From contig NC_045696.1 of the NCBI RefSeq assembly GCF_009834535.1, positions 44,332,001-44,396,000 on the forward strand: a DNA stretch of 64,000 nt, given 5' to 3'. The stretch comes from Camelus ferus. Taxonomy: Eukaryota. Shown here piece by piece: positions 23,779-37,512 of this stretch. Each line of letters starts with the position of its first letter. Within the stretch, counting starts at the first letter, position 1. Under the pieces are notes generated by a model. The model did no database searches. It saw nothing but the letters and a program-made list of their open reading frames with translations, and had not been told where the DNA came from. A program made the translations under genes and the position numbers.

Positions 23779-26214
23779 CTTCCTCCCTGCACAATCAAAA
23801 CTAGTTCTTTAAGATTTTAACTCCTGGAATGATGCAAAGTTGAGCAGAAAATCAGCTTCTAGTAACATTACATAAAGTGGTTTTGATAACCTGTTTGAAT
23901 TGAGCAGGTCCTTTGCTAATATATTTAAACAAAGCAAAGAAAATAGAAACAAAGAAAAAAAATAAGAAAACAAAATAAAGAAAACAGGAAAGAAATAGGA
24001 AATGCTATATTAAATTAAGCAACATTTAATATAAATATAGAATATTTACTTTAAGAGAACTTGTTCAGATTAGTTAGGTCAAAGTCATACAAAGGTAATT
24101 TGAACATTTTGTTAGAAGTGGAGAAACTAATTTTCAGTGAACCAAATATATGTCCAAGCTCTTAGAATGTACTCATTAGATAAATATTTATAGAACACAT
24201 TCTTCAGATACAAAGATGGAAAAAAAATCATAACCCTCAAATAACCTATGCTTTATTATATAAAGGAAATCAACATGCACAATGTAATGAGAAATATATT
24301 AGTAAAAATCTTTGCATATTCAGCTTTTAATCAGAGTTTTAAAAAATGAATATGAGGATTAATTAAAGAAGATAGCACAGCTATCTCATTTTAGAGAAAG
24401 GAAAAAGTACAGTTGCAAAGACATAAAATTACAGTGTGTACTTGAGTAAAAAGGAGTAGTTGTATACCAAAAGAACAGTTGTATGCAGTCTCCTGATGGC
24501 GTCAAAACTAGTCTTTCAGCAGTGGTCTGATTTCTCAATCTGAACTACCACTTGAAGGGAAATGTCATTCTTTTCTCTCACAACATCTCCTCTCTCAGAT
24601 CGATATATGCATCATGAAATATGGCCATTTGGCTCCATTCTCTGATCTCCCAGAGAGAGGTTAATGTTTCAACTTAATGGGTATAGCAAAGATTACAAAG
24701 AAAATTTCAACCAATTTCAAGCAGCCCATGGGGAAGAGGCTTGCTTTAATAATTGTACTTTTGCTCTCTCTCTGTCTTGTCCCACTCATCTACATACTGT
24801 CAGCTCCATATGACCCAAAATCAAAGCAATGCCAACAATACCTCCATGCCAACAATAACTTACACTTAGTTTTTCTAATTTACATTTTAAAAACAGGTTA
24901 CCCATATTTTACATTTTCTCAGGTTAACTATTAAAAAGTATTGGAATGTCATTAGTGTTTTCTTTGAATGGTATTGTCATAAACCACAATGAACATGAAA
25001 ACGTTTCATAGGTCCAGAATGCTTAAGTAAGTTTTGTTCTAAGTTCTTATCCATGCTTCGGGGTTTGAGAAGTTGTGTTATGTCCCCCTTTACAGTACTA
25101 GATTTCTGAGTATTGCAAGAAGAGAATATTTCTTCTCTTTGGTTTTACTATCTTAAACCTGCTTAATGGGCAAGTGAAGCAAATATTCTCTATTAATCAA
25201 AAGATTGATAAAACATTGTGTTAAATATGAGGTTTACAAATAACCACTAGATTATAAAATATGGTGTTAGGCTTTACAAGAAATGCAAAAAGACATCAAA
25301 TGATTAATTTTTCATTAGTTCTGTGTGTTTAATGGAGGATGAGTTCATAGCAGATAATTTTAAAACAATGGAATTAAATGAAGTGATGTGAATTGTAGAG
25401 AAGTAAAGTGAATTCAGGAACTCCTATAGGGTAGTCTGCATCAGCAGTGTAATTTATTTCCTCTTGCCTGTGGAGTAGAAGCAACTGACTTGAAAATTTA
25501 AGATTGGGAGCCGCTCATACACCTATGAGCTATATTTAGGAGGAGTAAACTACTGGAAGAAAATCTCATGTTTTCATTGCTATATGTTGGTAGCAAGTTT
25601 TTCAAGGTTAAAAGGTAATTTCTAAGCAGGACCAGCTTCATTCAGGGAGAAGTTTATCTAATCATTGTGATTTGAGACAAGTTCTAGACAGTATGTCCTT
25701 TCAAACCCACAACCTGTCATTGGGTCTCACAAGAGACCCAAACATCTGAACCTTAAAAGTTTTTATGTCTGAGAATTTCCTATTACAGTGCAAATTATAG
25801 ATAACTGACACTGTAGGTTCACTAAATTCTTTTCACAATTAGTTGGCAGTGTGGTTTGAGTAAGACTGATGGAAATGAAGCTTAGAATACTTTTTGGGTT
25901 AGGGGAAGAGTGAGAGGAGATCTTTGGCAAAGAAAGAGTTTTGAGGTCATTAATGTAGCCTGAACATAGAGGACCACCAATAGTCAAACAGAAAACACCA
26001 AAATGTTTCGGTCAGAAAGATCAGTTAATAGAGATAACTCAAGAAATGTCCTTACAATAGTTATATGATTTCAGCCTGGTGGAAAGCCCTTTTCAACTCA
26101 AAATCTCATGTCATACTGACAAAGCCAGAAAAAATGTTAGCTTACCTACCCTGACACAGTAGATCAATGGCATTCTGTAACCAATAATTTCCATAATGAA
26201 TGACAGTAGTTGGC

Positions 26215-26350
26215 AGACTAGTGGGTTAAACCCCTGATTTTTAAAGTCAGACCATCTATATTCCAATTTTTGCTCTATCACTACCAAGCTAAGTGGCCTT
26301 AGGCAAATTACTTAATTGCTCCAATTATCAGTGTAAACTTGGGATGTTGT
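26215..26350 (+). mobile_element. MIR fragment
   Basis: 'aagtcagacc...ttgctctatcactaccaagctaagtggccttaggcaaattacttaa'. Confidence 0.65.
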
Positions 26351-26399
26351 GAGGGAGTCAGAAAGGAAACAAACCCATAATAAACATAATGACTCTTTG

Positions 26400-26960
26400 A
26401 TGGGAGTAGAAGTGGCAGCACAGAAAAAGCAGCAGCTTAGTTTGCCTGGGGGAGTTGGAGAAGGCTTCTCAAAAGAGGTAAATTGAGCTAAAATCTCAAT
26501 CACCTGTAGGAATTTGCTAAGCATATAAACTTGAGCTGTGATCAGGCAATGAAAACATTATGCAAAGGCAAGAAGATGTGAGCAAGCATGGAGCCATCAA
26601 GGAATTTAATGTGGCTGGAGTCTAAATTGCAAAAAGACATAATACAAACAAAGAGGCAATGGGGCACTACAAATTACTCAGAGCAGGAGAGTACTGATGT
26701 TAGATTTGCTCATTGGAAGGTTCACTCTGGCGACACTCTGAATTAAGTTAAAATAATACAACAAAATTTCAACTAAGCATTGATGAAAACCTGAATTAGG
26801 GCAAGAAGTAGAAAGCAATAGGCAGATACAAGAAGTAGAACCAACAAAACTCAAAAATTAATTTGGTGGAGGAGAGAGAGAAGGAAAGATCCTAGAATGA
26901 CTTCTAAGTTTCAGCCTGAACATCTGATAGGTAGTGTTGCCCCTCACAGAAACAAGGACC
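26400..26960 (-). mobile_element. L2 LINE fragment
   Basis: 'gaaggcttctcaaaagagg..aattgagct', 'tgcaaaggca', 'gtggctggag', 'gaatgacttctaagtttcagcctga'. Confidence 0.75.
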
Positions 26961-28301
26961 ACAGATTCAATGCAGAAGGTAAAGACGCAGACCCCGCCAA
27001 GCCATGAAAAAACACGACTGACACATGCTTTCTTTCTTAAGACCATGAGCAGTTATAGCAAGCATTTCTGTGAGAAAGCACTGAAAAACAGCAAATCTCC
27101 AATAACGAAAAATTAGTACCTAATGAGTAGTAACGATAAGAGTTAGAATCACACAAATACGAATGCACTGAAATGTGGATTTTGAGCAGCTGTAGAACAA
27201 AAGTCTCACAATTTCTATAATAGGTGTGAACATGGATAATAGGAAGTCATTAACCTGAGAAACTAAAGATGATCAGGCAAAGAAGAGAACATGGCTATTG
27301 TAACAACAGAGGTATTCCCATCAGGCTCATCAGACTAAGTTTCAATTCACTGGAGTAGAGGAATTAAAAACTGAGAGCAGCCCAATTCTTAGTGCTATTT
27401 ATAGAATGCTGTTTGTAGCCAAACTCAGTTCATTGTTCAGTAAATTCTACGTAGTTATCATTCAGTAGTGTAAGTTAAAATATTCTCAAAACAGTTTGTT
27501 TTTGTTATGGAAAAGAACTATATTACACAACCTTTCAGACATATTGAAGAGAGTTATGTGGCTGAAAATTCAACTGACACATTTTCTCTAATCTAGAGAA
27601 ACCCAGGCTAGCAACGTATCCCAGCTATTTTAAAAGTCATTCTAAATAAGACTATTTCTTCCTTGGTAAGCTGAGATGAATGTGGAAAATTACAGAGGAT
27701 GTGTTTTTTGGTCCCAATATCTACCTAGGACTGGCCCTGGACTAAATGACTAGCATGTTTTCTATAAGTCTGTGGATAATTCCCAGTAGAAATCCATTAT
27801 TAGCCTGACAGTAACCAGAATCTTTTTTTTAAAACTAGAAAAAGATCAAATGGGAAGCAGAGCTTAACAGGATAAATCATTTGTTAGTTGTAGGGGAGCT
27901 AATGTTGTATTTATAAATTACAAGGGAAGGTCCTTGCAGCTCTGTGTTTCAATGTCTCCAATTACAACATTGGGTAAAACAAATATCTATCTTCTTCTGT
28001 GATGAAGTAGAAGGAAATGTGCCATAGAATCAGATGTAGTGTTGTCCCCTTGCTGGTATTAACACAGCAACGCAGGTCCAACTGGACAAGACCAGGATAA
28101 TTTATCTTTAGCTTAGAAATCTCCTGATGATAGGGCACGTTTCTGTTAGGTCTGCTTTTTGAACTAATGCCAAAGGAGGTCAAACAAATCCAGTAACAAG
28201 CAAGCCATTTTTACTTTGTGATTTCTCCTTTCATTTTATGTCCTTGTGGTGTGCACACAGTTGCTAAACCACAGACTCGAATGTGCTAAAACTTCACTTA
28301 A

Positions 28302-28475
28302 CAGTTGAGCCTTGAACAACTCAAGGGTTAATCTGAGTATAATTTATAATCATTCCTCCACGTCCTCAGGGTCTGCTAACCCAGGGTTGTGTAATACTGT
28401 AGTATTTACTATTGAAAAATACCGACTTATAAGTGGACCCATGCTGTTCAAACCCATGTTGTTCAGGGTCACTTG
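28302..28475. mobile_element. Tigger2-type (TcMar) non-autonomous MITE
   Basis: Terminal inverted repeats cagttgagccttgaacaac / gttgttcagggtcacttg, a 3' flanking TA, and internal 'taagtggacccatgctgttcaaacccatgttgttca'. Confidence 0.85.
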
Positions 28476-28787
28476 TACTTATTTTACACAACTGAACTAA
28501 AATGTCTACATTGAGCCTCTATTTTGCCTGATACAGAAAACTTAATCTAGTTGCTTATAGAAAACTCTGTCATGTTCATGATTATCAGTTATCTCACTCA
28601 GGTTTGAACTCAGTCATTTTCTGGTATGTCACCCTCTCTTTTCAAGAGCTGGTTTCCACATAGGAATAAAGTAGAGGGGCTGTCAGAGGGTTTGGGGAGG
28701 ACTTTCCTGCTTAGAGAAGCCTCAGGGACTCTTTGTAAGGCTTATCATTGCCTGTGGATGTTGTCCAAGAATCCAGTAAAGATGAAA

Positions 28788-31232
28788 AATGCTGTTATGA
28801 ACATGTGTGCACAATATTTGAGGACTTTTCAATTCTTTTGAGTATACAGTCAGAAGTAGAATTGCTGGATTATATGGTAATTCTATTTTTAATTTTTTCA
28901 GGACTCACCATACTGTTTTCTACAGCAGCTGTGCCATTTTACATTCCCACCAACAGTGCAAAAGAGTTTTAATTTCTGCACATTCTTGTCAGCGATTGTT
29001 ATTTTCTGGGGTTTTGTTTGTTGGTTGGTTGGTTGGTTGGTTTTTGGTATTAGCCATCCTAATAGGTATGAAGTGGTACCTCATTGCAGTTTTGATTTGT
29101 ATTTCCCTAACGATTAGTAATGTTTGGCAACTCTTCATGTGCTTATTAGCCACTTGCATATCTTCTTTGGAGAAATGTCTATTGAAATCCTTTGCCCATT
29201 TTTTGATCTGGTGGTTTTTTGTTGTTTTTGTTGTTGAGTTTTAGGAGTTTTGTATCTATTTTGGATATTAACCTCTTGTCAGATATGATTTTCAAATACT
29301 TTTCCCTATTCTGTGGATTGCCTTTTTACTCTTTTGATAGTGTCTTTTGATGCACAAAAATTTTTTAATTGTCACGAAGTATAATTTGTCTGTTTTATTG
29401 TTGTTGCCTGTGTCTTTAGTGTCATACCTAATAAATTATTGCCAAATACAATGTCATGAAGTTTTTCACCTATGTTTTGTTCTAACAGTTTTATAGATTT
29501 AGGTCATGCATCCATTTTGAGCTAACTTTTGTATATGGTGTTAGGTCAGGATCCAACCCATTCTTTTGCATGTGGATACCCAAGACTGTCCTTTCCCCAT
29601 TGAATGGTCTTGGGACTCTAGTCAAAAAATCATTTGACCATATGTATGAAAGTTTGTTACTGGACTCTATTCTAGTCCATTGGTTTATATGTCTGTCTTT
29701 ATATCAAACACAAAATTTTGATTACTGTAGCTTTGTATAATAAATCAAGAAGTGTTAGTCCTCCAATTTCATTCTTATTTTTCAGGATTATTTTGGCTAT
29801 TCAGGGTCACTTGAGATTCCACATGAATTTCAGGATAGGTTTTTCTTATTTCCACACACACAAAAAATCTTACTGGGATTTTTGACAGTAATTGAATTAA
29901 ATCTGGAGATCATTTTGGGTAGTCATATCTTAGCAATATTAAATCTTTCAATGTATGAACATGAGATGTCTTTCCATTTATTTATGTCTTCTTTAATTTC
30001 TTTGAAAATGTTCTGCAATTTTTTGGTACAAATCTTTCACCTCCTTGGTTAAGTTAATTCTTAAATATTCTACTCTTGCTAATATAAATAGGATTGTTTT
30101 CTTAACTTCCTTTTTAAATTGTTCATCATTATGGAATATAATGCAATTGATTTTTGTGTGTTAGCTTTGTATCCTGCAAGTTTACTGAATTCATTTATTA
30201 GTTCTAAGGGCCTTCTTCTGGATGCTTAATGTTTTCCACATATAAGATTATATAGTCTGTGAATACAGTTCATTTTACTTCTTTCTTTCCAATTTTGAGA
30301 TCTTTCTTTTACTTATCTAATTACTCTGACTAGGACTTCCGGTACTATGTTGGCTAGAAGTAGAGACAGCAGGCATCCTTGAGGAAAAACTTTCAGTCTT
30401 TTACCATTGAGCATGTTGTATGATGTGGGTTTTTCATACATGGCTTTTATTAAGTTGAGATAGTTTTCTTCTATTTCTAGTTTGCTAAATGTTTTCATCA
30501 TGCTGTGTGTTGAACTTTATCAAATGCTTTTTCTGCATCAGTTGATATGACCATGTGGTTTTTCCCCCTATATTCTGTTGGTGTGGTATATTGTATTGAT
30601 TGACTTTGATATGTTGAAATAGCCTTGCATTCCAGGAGTAAGTGCTACTCAGTCATGGTGTATAATCCTTCAAATATGCTGCTGAATCAGGTTAGTGTTT
30701 TTTAAGACGTTTTCCATGGATGCTCATTAGGGATATTGCTATGTAGTCTTTTTAGTGTAGTCTTGGTAGTGTCTCTGTCTTTACTATGAGGATAATACGA
30801 GCCTCATGAAATAAATTAGGGAGTTTCCTCCTGCTCAGTTGTTTGAAAAGATTTCAGAAGAATAGCTTTTAGTTTCTTTTTAAATATTTGGTAAAATTTG
30901 CTGATAAAGTAATTATTCATAAAACTCTTATAATTCGTTTTTATTTCTGTAGAATCAGTAGTAATGTACCCACTTTAACTTCTGATTATAGAAATTTAGC
31001 CTTCTTTCCTTTTTCCTTAGTTTATCAAGCTAAAGGTTTATCAATTTTGTTGATCTTTACAAAGAATCAACTCTTTAAAAAATGTTTACTCTTTTTCTGT
31101 TCTCTATTTTATATCTCTCTTCTCTAATTTTTATTGTTTCTTTTCTTCTACTAACTTTGGTTTTAGTTTGCTCATCTTTTCTAGTTCTTTAAGTTGTAAA
31201 GTTAAGTTGCTGATTGGAGATCTTTTTCTTTT
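28788..31232 (-). mobile_element. Old L1 (L1MA/MB-like) ORF2 body and proximal 3' UTR, decayed
   Basis: Antisense L1 ORF2. ORF 30313-30501 (-) gives 'SKLEIEENYLNLIKAMYEKPT...GKRLKVFPQGCLLSLLL.NIVPEVL' (RT region), and 31225 downward gives 'LTLQLKELEKDEQTK.KVSRRKE.IKIRE'. Confidence 0.93.
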
Positions 31233-33545
31233 TTTGTTTTATTGAGCTATCATTCACATATAACATTGTATAAGTTTAAGGTATACATCATGATGATTTG
31301 ATACACGTATGTTTTGAAATGATTACCACAGTAGGGTTAGTTAACAACTCCATTGCTTAACATAATTGCCATTCTTTTTTTGTGGTGAGAACATTTAGGG
31401 TGTATTCTCTTGGCAGCTTTCAAGTATATAAAACAGTATTGTTAACTGTGGTCAACATGCTGTCATCAGGTCTCCATAACTTATTTACCTTAAAACTAGA
31501 ATTGTACCCTTTGACCACCATCTCATTTCCCCCAACTCTAGCCCCTGACAATCACCATTCTGCTCTCTGTTCTAATGAGCTCAGCTTTTTTAGATTCCAT
31601 ATGTAAGTAATATCACACAGTATTTATCATTCTCTGACTAATATCACTTAATAGCATTCCTTCAAGGTCTGTTTATATTGTTGCAAATGACAGGATTTCC
31701 TTTTATCTACTAAAAAATAATTCATGGTATATATATATCACATTTTCTTTATGCATTAATTCATAGACAGACACTTAGATTGTTTCCATAGCTTGGCTAT
31801 GGTGAATAACATCATGAATATGACAGTAGAGATATCTCTTCAAGATCCTGATTTTATTTTCTTGGATATATATACAGAAGTGGGATTGCTGGATCATATT
31901 GTAGTTCTATTATTAATGTTTTGATGACTGTCTGTATAGTGGCTATACTAATTTACATTCCCACCAATGGTGCTGTCTTACTTTATGAACTGATGATTTT
32001 CCTTAGTAGTATAATTTGATTCCCTTATCTTCAATTTGTGTGTCTCTTCTATATGTTTTGTTTGTTTTTTGTTTGTTTGTTTTGTTTTCCCTAAGGCTTA
32101 CAAATTAATAGATATAATAGTCTATTTTATACTGATAACAACTTAATTTAATTGCATAGAAAAACTCTTTTTACCACTCCTCCCCATTTTACATTTTTTG
32201 ATCACAGTTTCCCTTTTTATATTATATATTCATTAGCAAATTATTGTAGCTAGGTATTTTTAACACTTTTTCCTTTATACCTTATGCTAGAGCTTTGTGG
32301 TTAATACACTACCATATTATAGTATTAGAATATTCTGTATTTGACTATATATTTATTTTTACTGGTGTGTTTTATATTTCCATGTTTCCATGTTAATAAG
32401 TGCCATCCTTTTATTTCAGCTTGAATAATTTTCAGCATTTCTTATAAGGTAGTTCTAGTGGTGATAAACTTTTGCAGCTCTTCTTGGTCTGGGAAAGTGA
32501 TAATCTCTCCTTCAATTCTGAAGGACAACTTTGCAAAATATGGTATACTTGGTTGGTGATATTAAGTTTATTTTCTTTTTATTTCAACGTATCATCTCTC
32601 GTGATCTGCAAAGGTACTAAGAAATCCAGTGATAGCCTTATGAAGATTCCCCTGTAAGCTACAAGCTTCTTTTTTCTTGCTGCTTTTAAGATTCTCACTT
32701 CGTCTGTGATTTTTGACAGTTTCATTCTAACGAGTCTTGGAAGATATCTTTTAAGGTGAGTTTGTTTGGTGATCTGTAAGATTCATGAACTTAAGTATCC
32801 AATTATCTCCTCAGATTTGGGGAGTTTTCTGACATTGTTTCTTTATATAAGCTTTCTGTCCATCTCTCCCATTCTTTTCTTTCTGGGATTCCAATAATTC
32901 GTAGATTGTTTCTTTTGATGGTATCCCTTAGATCACATTGGTTTTGTTCACTGTTTTAGTTACTTTTCCTCTGTTCTCTTCTGTCTAGATAATTTCAAAG
33001 ATCCTGTCTCTTAATTCACAGACCCTTTATTCTACGTGATTCATTCTGTTGTTGATGCTGTCTATTGCATTTTACATTTTATGCATTGTATTCTTCAGCT
33101 CCATAATTTCTGTTTGCTTCTTTTTTATGATTTCCATCTCTTTTTTAAAATTCTTAGTTTTTCATGTATTGTTTCCCTGATTTTGTTGAACTGTGTCTCT
33201 TGTATTATTGTAACCTACTGTGCTTTCTTAAAACAGAAGTTTTGAATTCTTTATTGGATAAATCATAGAATCCCATGTCTTTGTGGTTGGTTACTGGACT
33301 ATTACTGTGATTTGTCTGTGGTGTCATTTTCCCTTGAGTTTTTATGTTTTTTGATGTCTTGCCAAGTTTCTGTCTTCACCTTTGAAGTAAGTCACCTGTT
33401 CCAGTTATAAGTGACTTTGGGAGACAAAGTCCTCTGTAACATTGCTAGAGACTCTGAGGCTTTCTCATACCTTCTATGGATACACCTCCTCCATACTTAT
33501 TGCTCTCTCTTGAGGCAAATTCTTAAGCTTATTTGCATGTGGTAT
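31233..33545 (-). mobile_element. Nested L1 (L1MA9-like 3' end joined to an ORF1/inter-ORF segment, most of ORF2 missing)
   Basis: 31238-31970 is an antisense L1MA9-type 3' UTR ('tttattgagctat..cacatataacattgtataagtttaagg'). About 32800-32900 is an antisense ORF1 remnant ('SLYKETMSENSPNL'), duplicating the ORF1 motif at 35000. Confidence 0.75.
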
Positions 33546-33554
33546 GCAACATAC

Positions 33555-34978
33555 CAGGCCAAAGACAAAGAGAATTTTGAAAGCAGCAAGAGAGAAGTGA
33601 CTCATACAAGGGATCCTCAATAATATATTTAGCATATTTTTCACCAAAAGTTTTGGAGGCCAGAAGGCAGTGGGCTGATATATTCAAAGTGATAAAAGGG
33701 AAAAAAAAAAAAAACTGTCAGCCAAAAATCCTATATTCAGATAAACTGTCCTTCAAAGGTTAGGGAGGAATCAAGATTTTCCCAGATAAACAATCATTAG
33801 TGGAGTTCATTACCACTAAAGCTGCCTTACAAGAAATGCTAAAAGGAGTCCTACAGGTTGAAATGAAAGGATACTAGACAGTAACTGAAAGCAGTTTGAA
33901 AAGATAAAGACCTCATTAAAGGTAAATACATAGACAATTAAGGCTAATATTACTATAATAATGGTGTGTAAATCCTTTTGTTGTTGTTGTTTTCTACATG
34001 ATTTAAGAGGTTAATATATTAAAAATTCTTAGTTTAAAAGCTAATATCATTGTCATTTTGGTTTGCAACTCTGCATTTTGTTTTCTATAATACTAAAGAG
34101 ACTAATGAATTAAAATAATTAATTTGTTTTAGGACACACAATGTTTAAAGATGTAATTCTATGACATCAAAGACTGAAAGGAAAGGGAATAGAGCTGTAA
34201 AAGGAACAAAGGTTTTTATTTATCATTGAAGTTAAGCTGACATAAATTCAAATTAGTATTATATCTTTTAATGTGATTACTATGGTAACCACAAAAAAAG
34301 TAGCTAAAGAATAAACACATAAGTAAATGAGAAAGGAATTTAAATTTTTCACTATAAAAAAGAAACTAACACAAAAGAAGATAGTAGTGAGGAAATGAGG
34401 AATAAAAAAGCAAAAGTCATGTAAAAAAATAGCAAAAAGACAGAAGTAAGTTCCTTCTTATCAGTAATTACTTTAAATGTAAATGGATTAAAATCTCCAA
34501 TAAAAAGGACTGAGACTGAGATTGGCAGAATGGATTAAGAACAAAATTAAACAAATAAAAAACAACAATTACAAAAAAAAATCCAAATATATACTGTCTA
34601 CAAAAAAACTCACTTTAGACCTAAAGAAACAAATAGGTTGAAAGTTAAAGAATGGAAAAAGAAATTCCATGCAAATAGTAGCCAAAAGAGAGCACAGGGG
34701 CTATACTAATATCAGACAAAATAGATTATAAATCAAAAGTTTACAAGTAACAAAGAAGAACATTATATATTAATAAAATATTCAATACAGCAAGAATATA
34801 TAATAATTGGAAACACTTATACACCTAATAGCAGATCATCAAAATATATGGATCAAAAATTGATAGAAGTGAAGAGGTCTACAATAATAGTAATAGTTGG
34901 AGACTTCAATACTCTGCTTTGAACAATGGATAGAGAAACCAGACAGAAGATAAGAAATTAGAGGACTAGAACAACACA
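33555..34978 (+). mobile_element. Inverted L1 segment: ORF1 C-terminus, inter-ORF spacer and ORF2 endonuclease N-terminus
   Basis: + strand 'aaagacaaagagaattttgaaagcagcaagaga', 'ggaggccagaaggcagtgg', 'gccttacaagaaatgctaaaaggagtc', then the ORF2 start 'tcagtaattactttaaatgtaaatggattaaa' (SVITLNVNGL) and 'atagttggagacttcaatac' (IVGDFNT). Confidence 0.92.
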
Positions 34979-36400
34979 TGTCTTTCATTAAATTCAGGAA
35001 GTTTTTGGCCATTATCTCTTCAAATATTCTGTCTTCTCTTTCTGGAATCCCCACAACGTGTATACTGGTCCACTTGATTGTATCCTATAGGTACTTTAGG
35101 CTCTGTTCACTTTTCTTCCATCTTTTATTCTTTCTGTTCCTCAGACTTGATCAGTTCCATTGTCCTATCTTCAAATTCGTAAATGGTTTCTTTTACTTGC
35201 CTGCTCAAATTTGCCTTTGAATCACTGTAGGGAAATTTCCTTTAGTACTATAGTTTTCTCTTTTTTAGAGGGGAGGGAGGTAATTATGTTCATTTATTTA
35301 TTAGTGTCATTATTTTTTAATGGCGGTACCAGGGGTTGAACCTAGGACCTTTTGCATGCTAAGCACTTCACTCTACCACTGAGATGTACCTTCTCTCCCT
35401 GTTACTGTATTTTTCAGCTCCAGAATTTCTTTCTGATTTCTTGTTAGACTTTCTATCTCTTAACATACACTTGAATTTTTTTCATACAACATTTCCTTCA
35501 CTTTCTTTATGTCTTCCTTTAGTTCTTTAATTGTCTATTAAAATCTTTTGCTAATGTCTTTGTCTAGTAGATCCACAATTGGGTATTTTTCTGAGATAAT
35601 TCCTGTTGGTTTATTTTTCTTCCTTTGAATGTGTCATGCTTTCCTGTTTTCTTGTATTCATGTGTTTTTGTTGTTGTTGTTGCGGATTGGATATTTGAAC
35701 CTAATAATGTGGTAATTATGGAAATTAGAGTCTCCCCTTCCCCAAGCTTTGCTTTTTTTTATTTTTGTGTACTGTCTCTGTTCCTGAAGTGTAAACTTAA
35801 GAATCTTCTTAATTTTTTCATAAACCTGCACTTTTCCTTGCATATGTGCAGTGTCTTTCTAATTTACTGGTATTTGCAGTTGCTTTTGAATGTTAGAGTC
35901 TTCAATGCCTGGCTCTCAAAAAGGGAAAAGAGAAAGATGAAAGGGAATAAAAGGGCACTAGCCCTTTAAATTCCCTTAAATATAAGTCCTCAGCCTAAGG
36001 GAGATGGACTTGCATCAACTGGAGAAGCAGAATAACAATGGTTGCTGCTTCTTTGTCTAAACCTCTGTGATCAGAGAAGAGATACCTGGTATTTGGAGAA
36101 CAGGGTCTTTTCTGTCCATCCTGGCTCCCACAAGCTGTGTGTAACCTACTCTAGGAACTCTTGACAGCTGCCTGCCATGGGGCTGATATGCAGTAAATAG
36201 GTAGTTGCTACTGTGCCAGAACTTGAGACTGACTGAAATTAACCACAATTTATCATTCACGCCCTTTCCTGGGAATTGCAAGCCTTTAATAGATTCTGGA
36301 GTTTCAAAATATTTACATGAGATAGATTCTGCCAGTATGGCTGTCGTATAAGTGGGGAGAAAGATTTCTAGTGCTTCCTATTCTGCCACCTTCCCAGAAA
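34979..36400 (-). mobile_element. L1 5' part (5' UTR and ORF1 N-terminal half), decayed
   Basis: ORF 34839-35054 (-) 'GIPERE.RIFEEIMAKNFLNLMKD' is an L1 ORF1p motif. The upstream sequence resembles an old L1M 5' region. Confidence 0.8.
35259..35398 (-). mobile_element. tRNA-derived camelid SINE (Vic-1-like) inserted in L1
   Basis: The reverse complement reads 'ctcagtggtagagtgaagtgcttagcatgcaaaaggtcctaggttcaacccctggtacc...aattacctccc'. Confidence 0.88.
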
Positions 36401-36924
36401 TAAGTTCATTTTTTAACCATTGCTTTTGCATCTATTAAGGATAGGTATAAAAAATAGCTATAAGCTATAAGTTCTAGCTTCTTCAGAACTTTCCATTATG
36501 TTCCTCAATAACCATTATAGGGAAACTATATGATAAATGTTCATTATTTTATTGTCAGGAAAATATTTATTTCTCTTGAAGCATCAGTATGCTCCCTGTG
36601 ATCAGAGGAGATCTTACAACCTATTTGGTTTTATTGGTGCTTTAGTGTTAGAAAGCTTAGAGCTGAAATGATTATGTAATCATTTCATATTTAAATCACT
36701 GTTTAACATAATCCCTATCTTTTATTTTTTAATGAAATAAAAATATCTTTATTCTCTGACTAACTAGACAGTTTTATACTACATTTTAAGCAAGTTCTGT
36801 TTATTCTTTATCTGTTGTGTAATTAATGCCTTTAATCCTTCTTCTCTATTATCCTTCAATCATTGCCAATTTTAAAAATAACCTCTTACTTGTGTATTTA
36901 TCTTGGATACAGTTTTCCAGATTT

Positions 36925-37512
36925 TTTTCAGCTTCATTGTGGTATAATAGACATATAAAGTTGTGAGCTATTCAAAGAGTACAACAAGATAATTTGATAT
37001 ACATATACACTTGAAAGAATTTACCCTCATTGAGTTAATTAGCACATCTACCACCTCACATATCTACTTTTTGGGGGGAATGTATGAGAGAACACTTAAG
37101 TTCTATTCTCTTAACAAATTTCAATTATACTATATGGTATTATCAACTATAGTCACTATATTATACATTATATCCTCAGACCTTATTCTTCTCATAACTG
37201 AAAGTTATCACCCTTTACCAACCTCTCCCTATTAATCTCACATCCCAGCCCCTGGCAACCCCACTTTTCTAATCTCTTTTTCTATAACTTCAACTTTTTT
37301 TTTTTTACTCCAAATATAAGTGATGCTAGGCAGTATTTGTCTTTCTCTGTTTGGCTTATTTCACTTAGCATAATGCCCTCCCAGGTCCTGGTTCATCTAT
37401 GTTGTCACAATTGACATGATCTCCTCCTTTTTATGCATATCTTTATATATGTATATATATTACATTTCTTTATCCATTGAACCATTAAGAAACATTTAGG
37501 TTATTTCTATAT
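36925..37512 (-). mobile_element. L1MA9-like 3' UTR
   Basis: 'gagaacacttaagttctattctcttaacaaatttcaa', 'cagcccctggcaacc', 'cagtatttgtctttctctgtttggcttatttcacttagcataatgccctc'. Confidence 0.88.

Noticed and set aside
27995..28135. Possible C/D-box snoRNA (gtgatga ... ctga)
   Set aside because: No convincing terminal stem and no recognisable rRNA/snRNA antisense guide; these motifs occur by chance.
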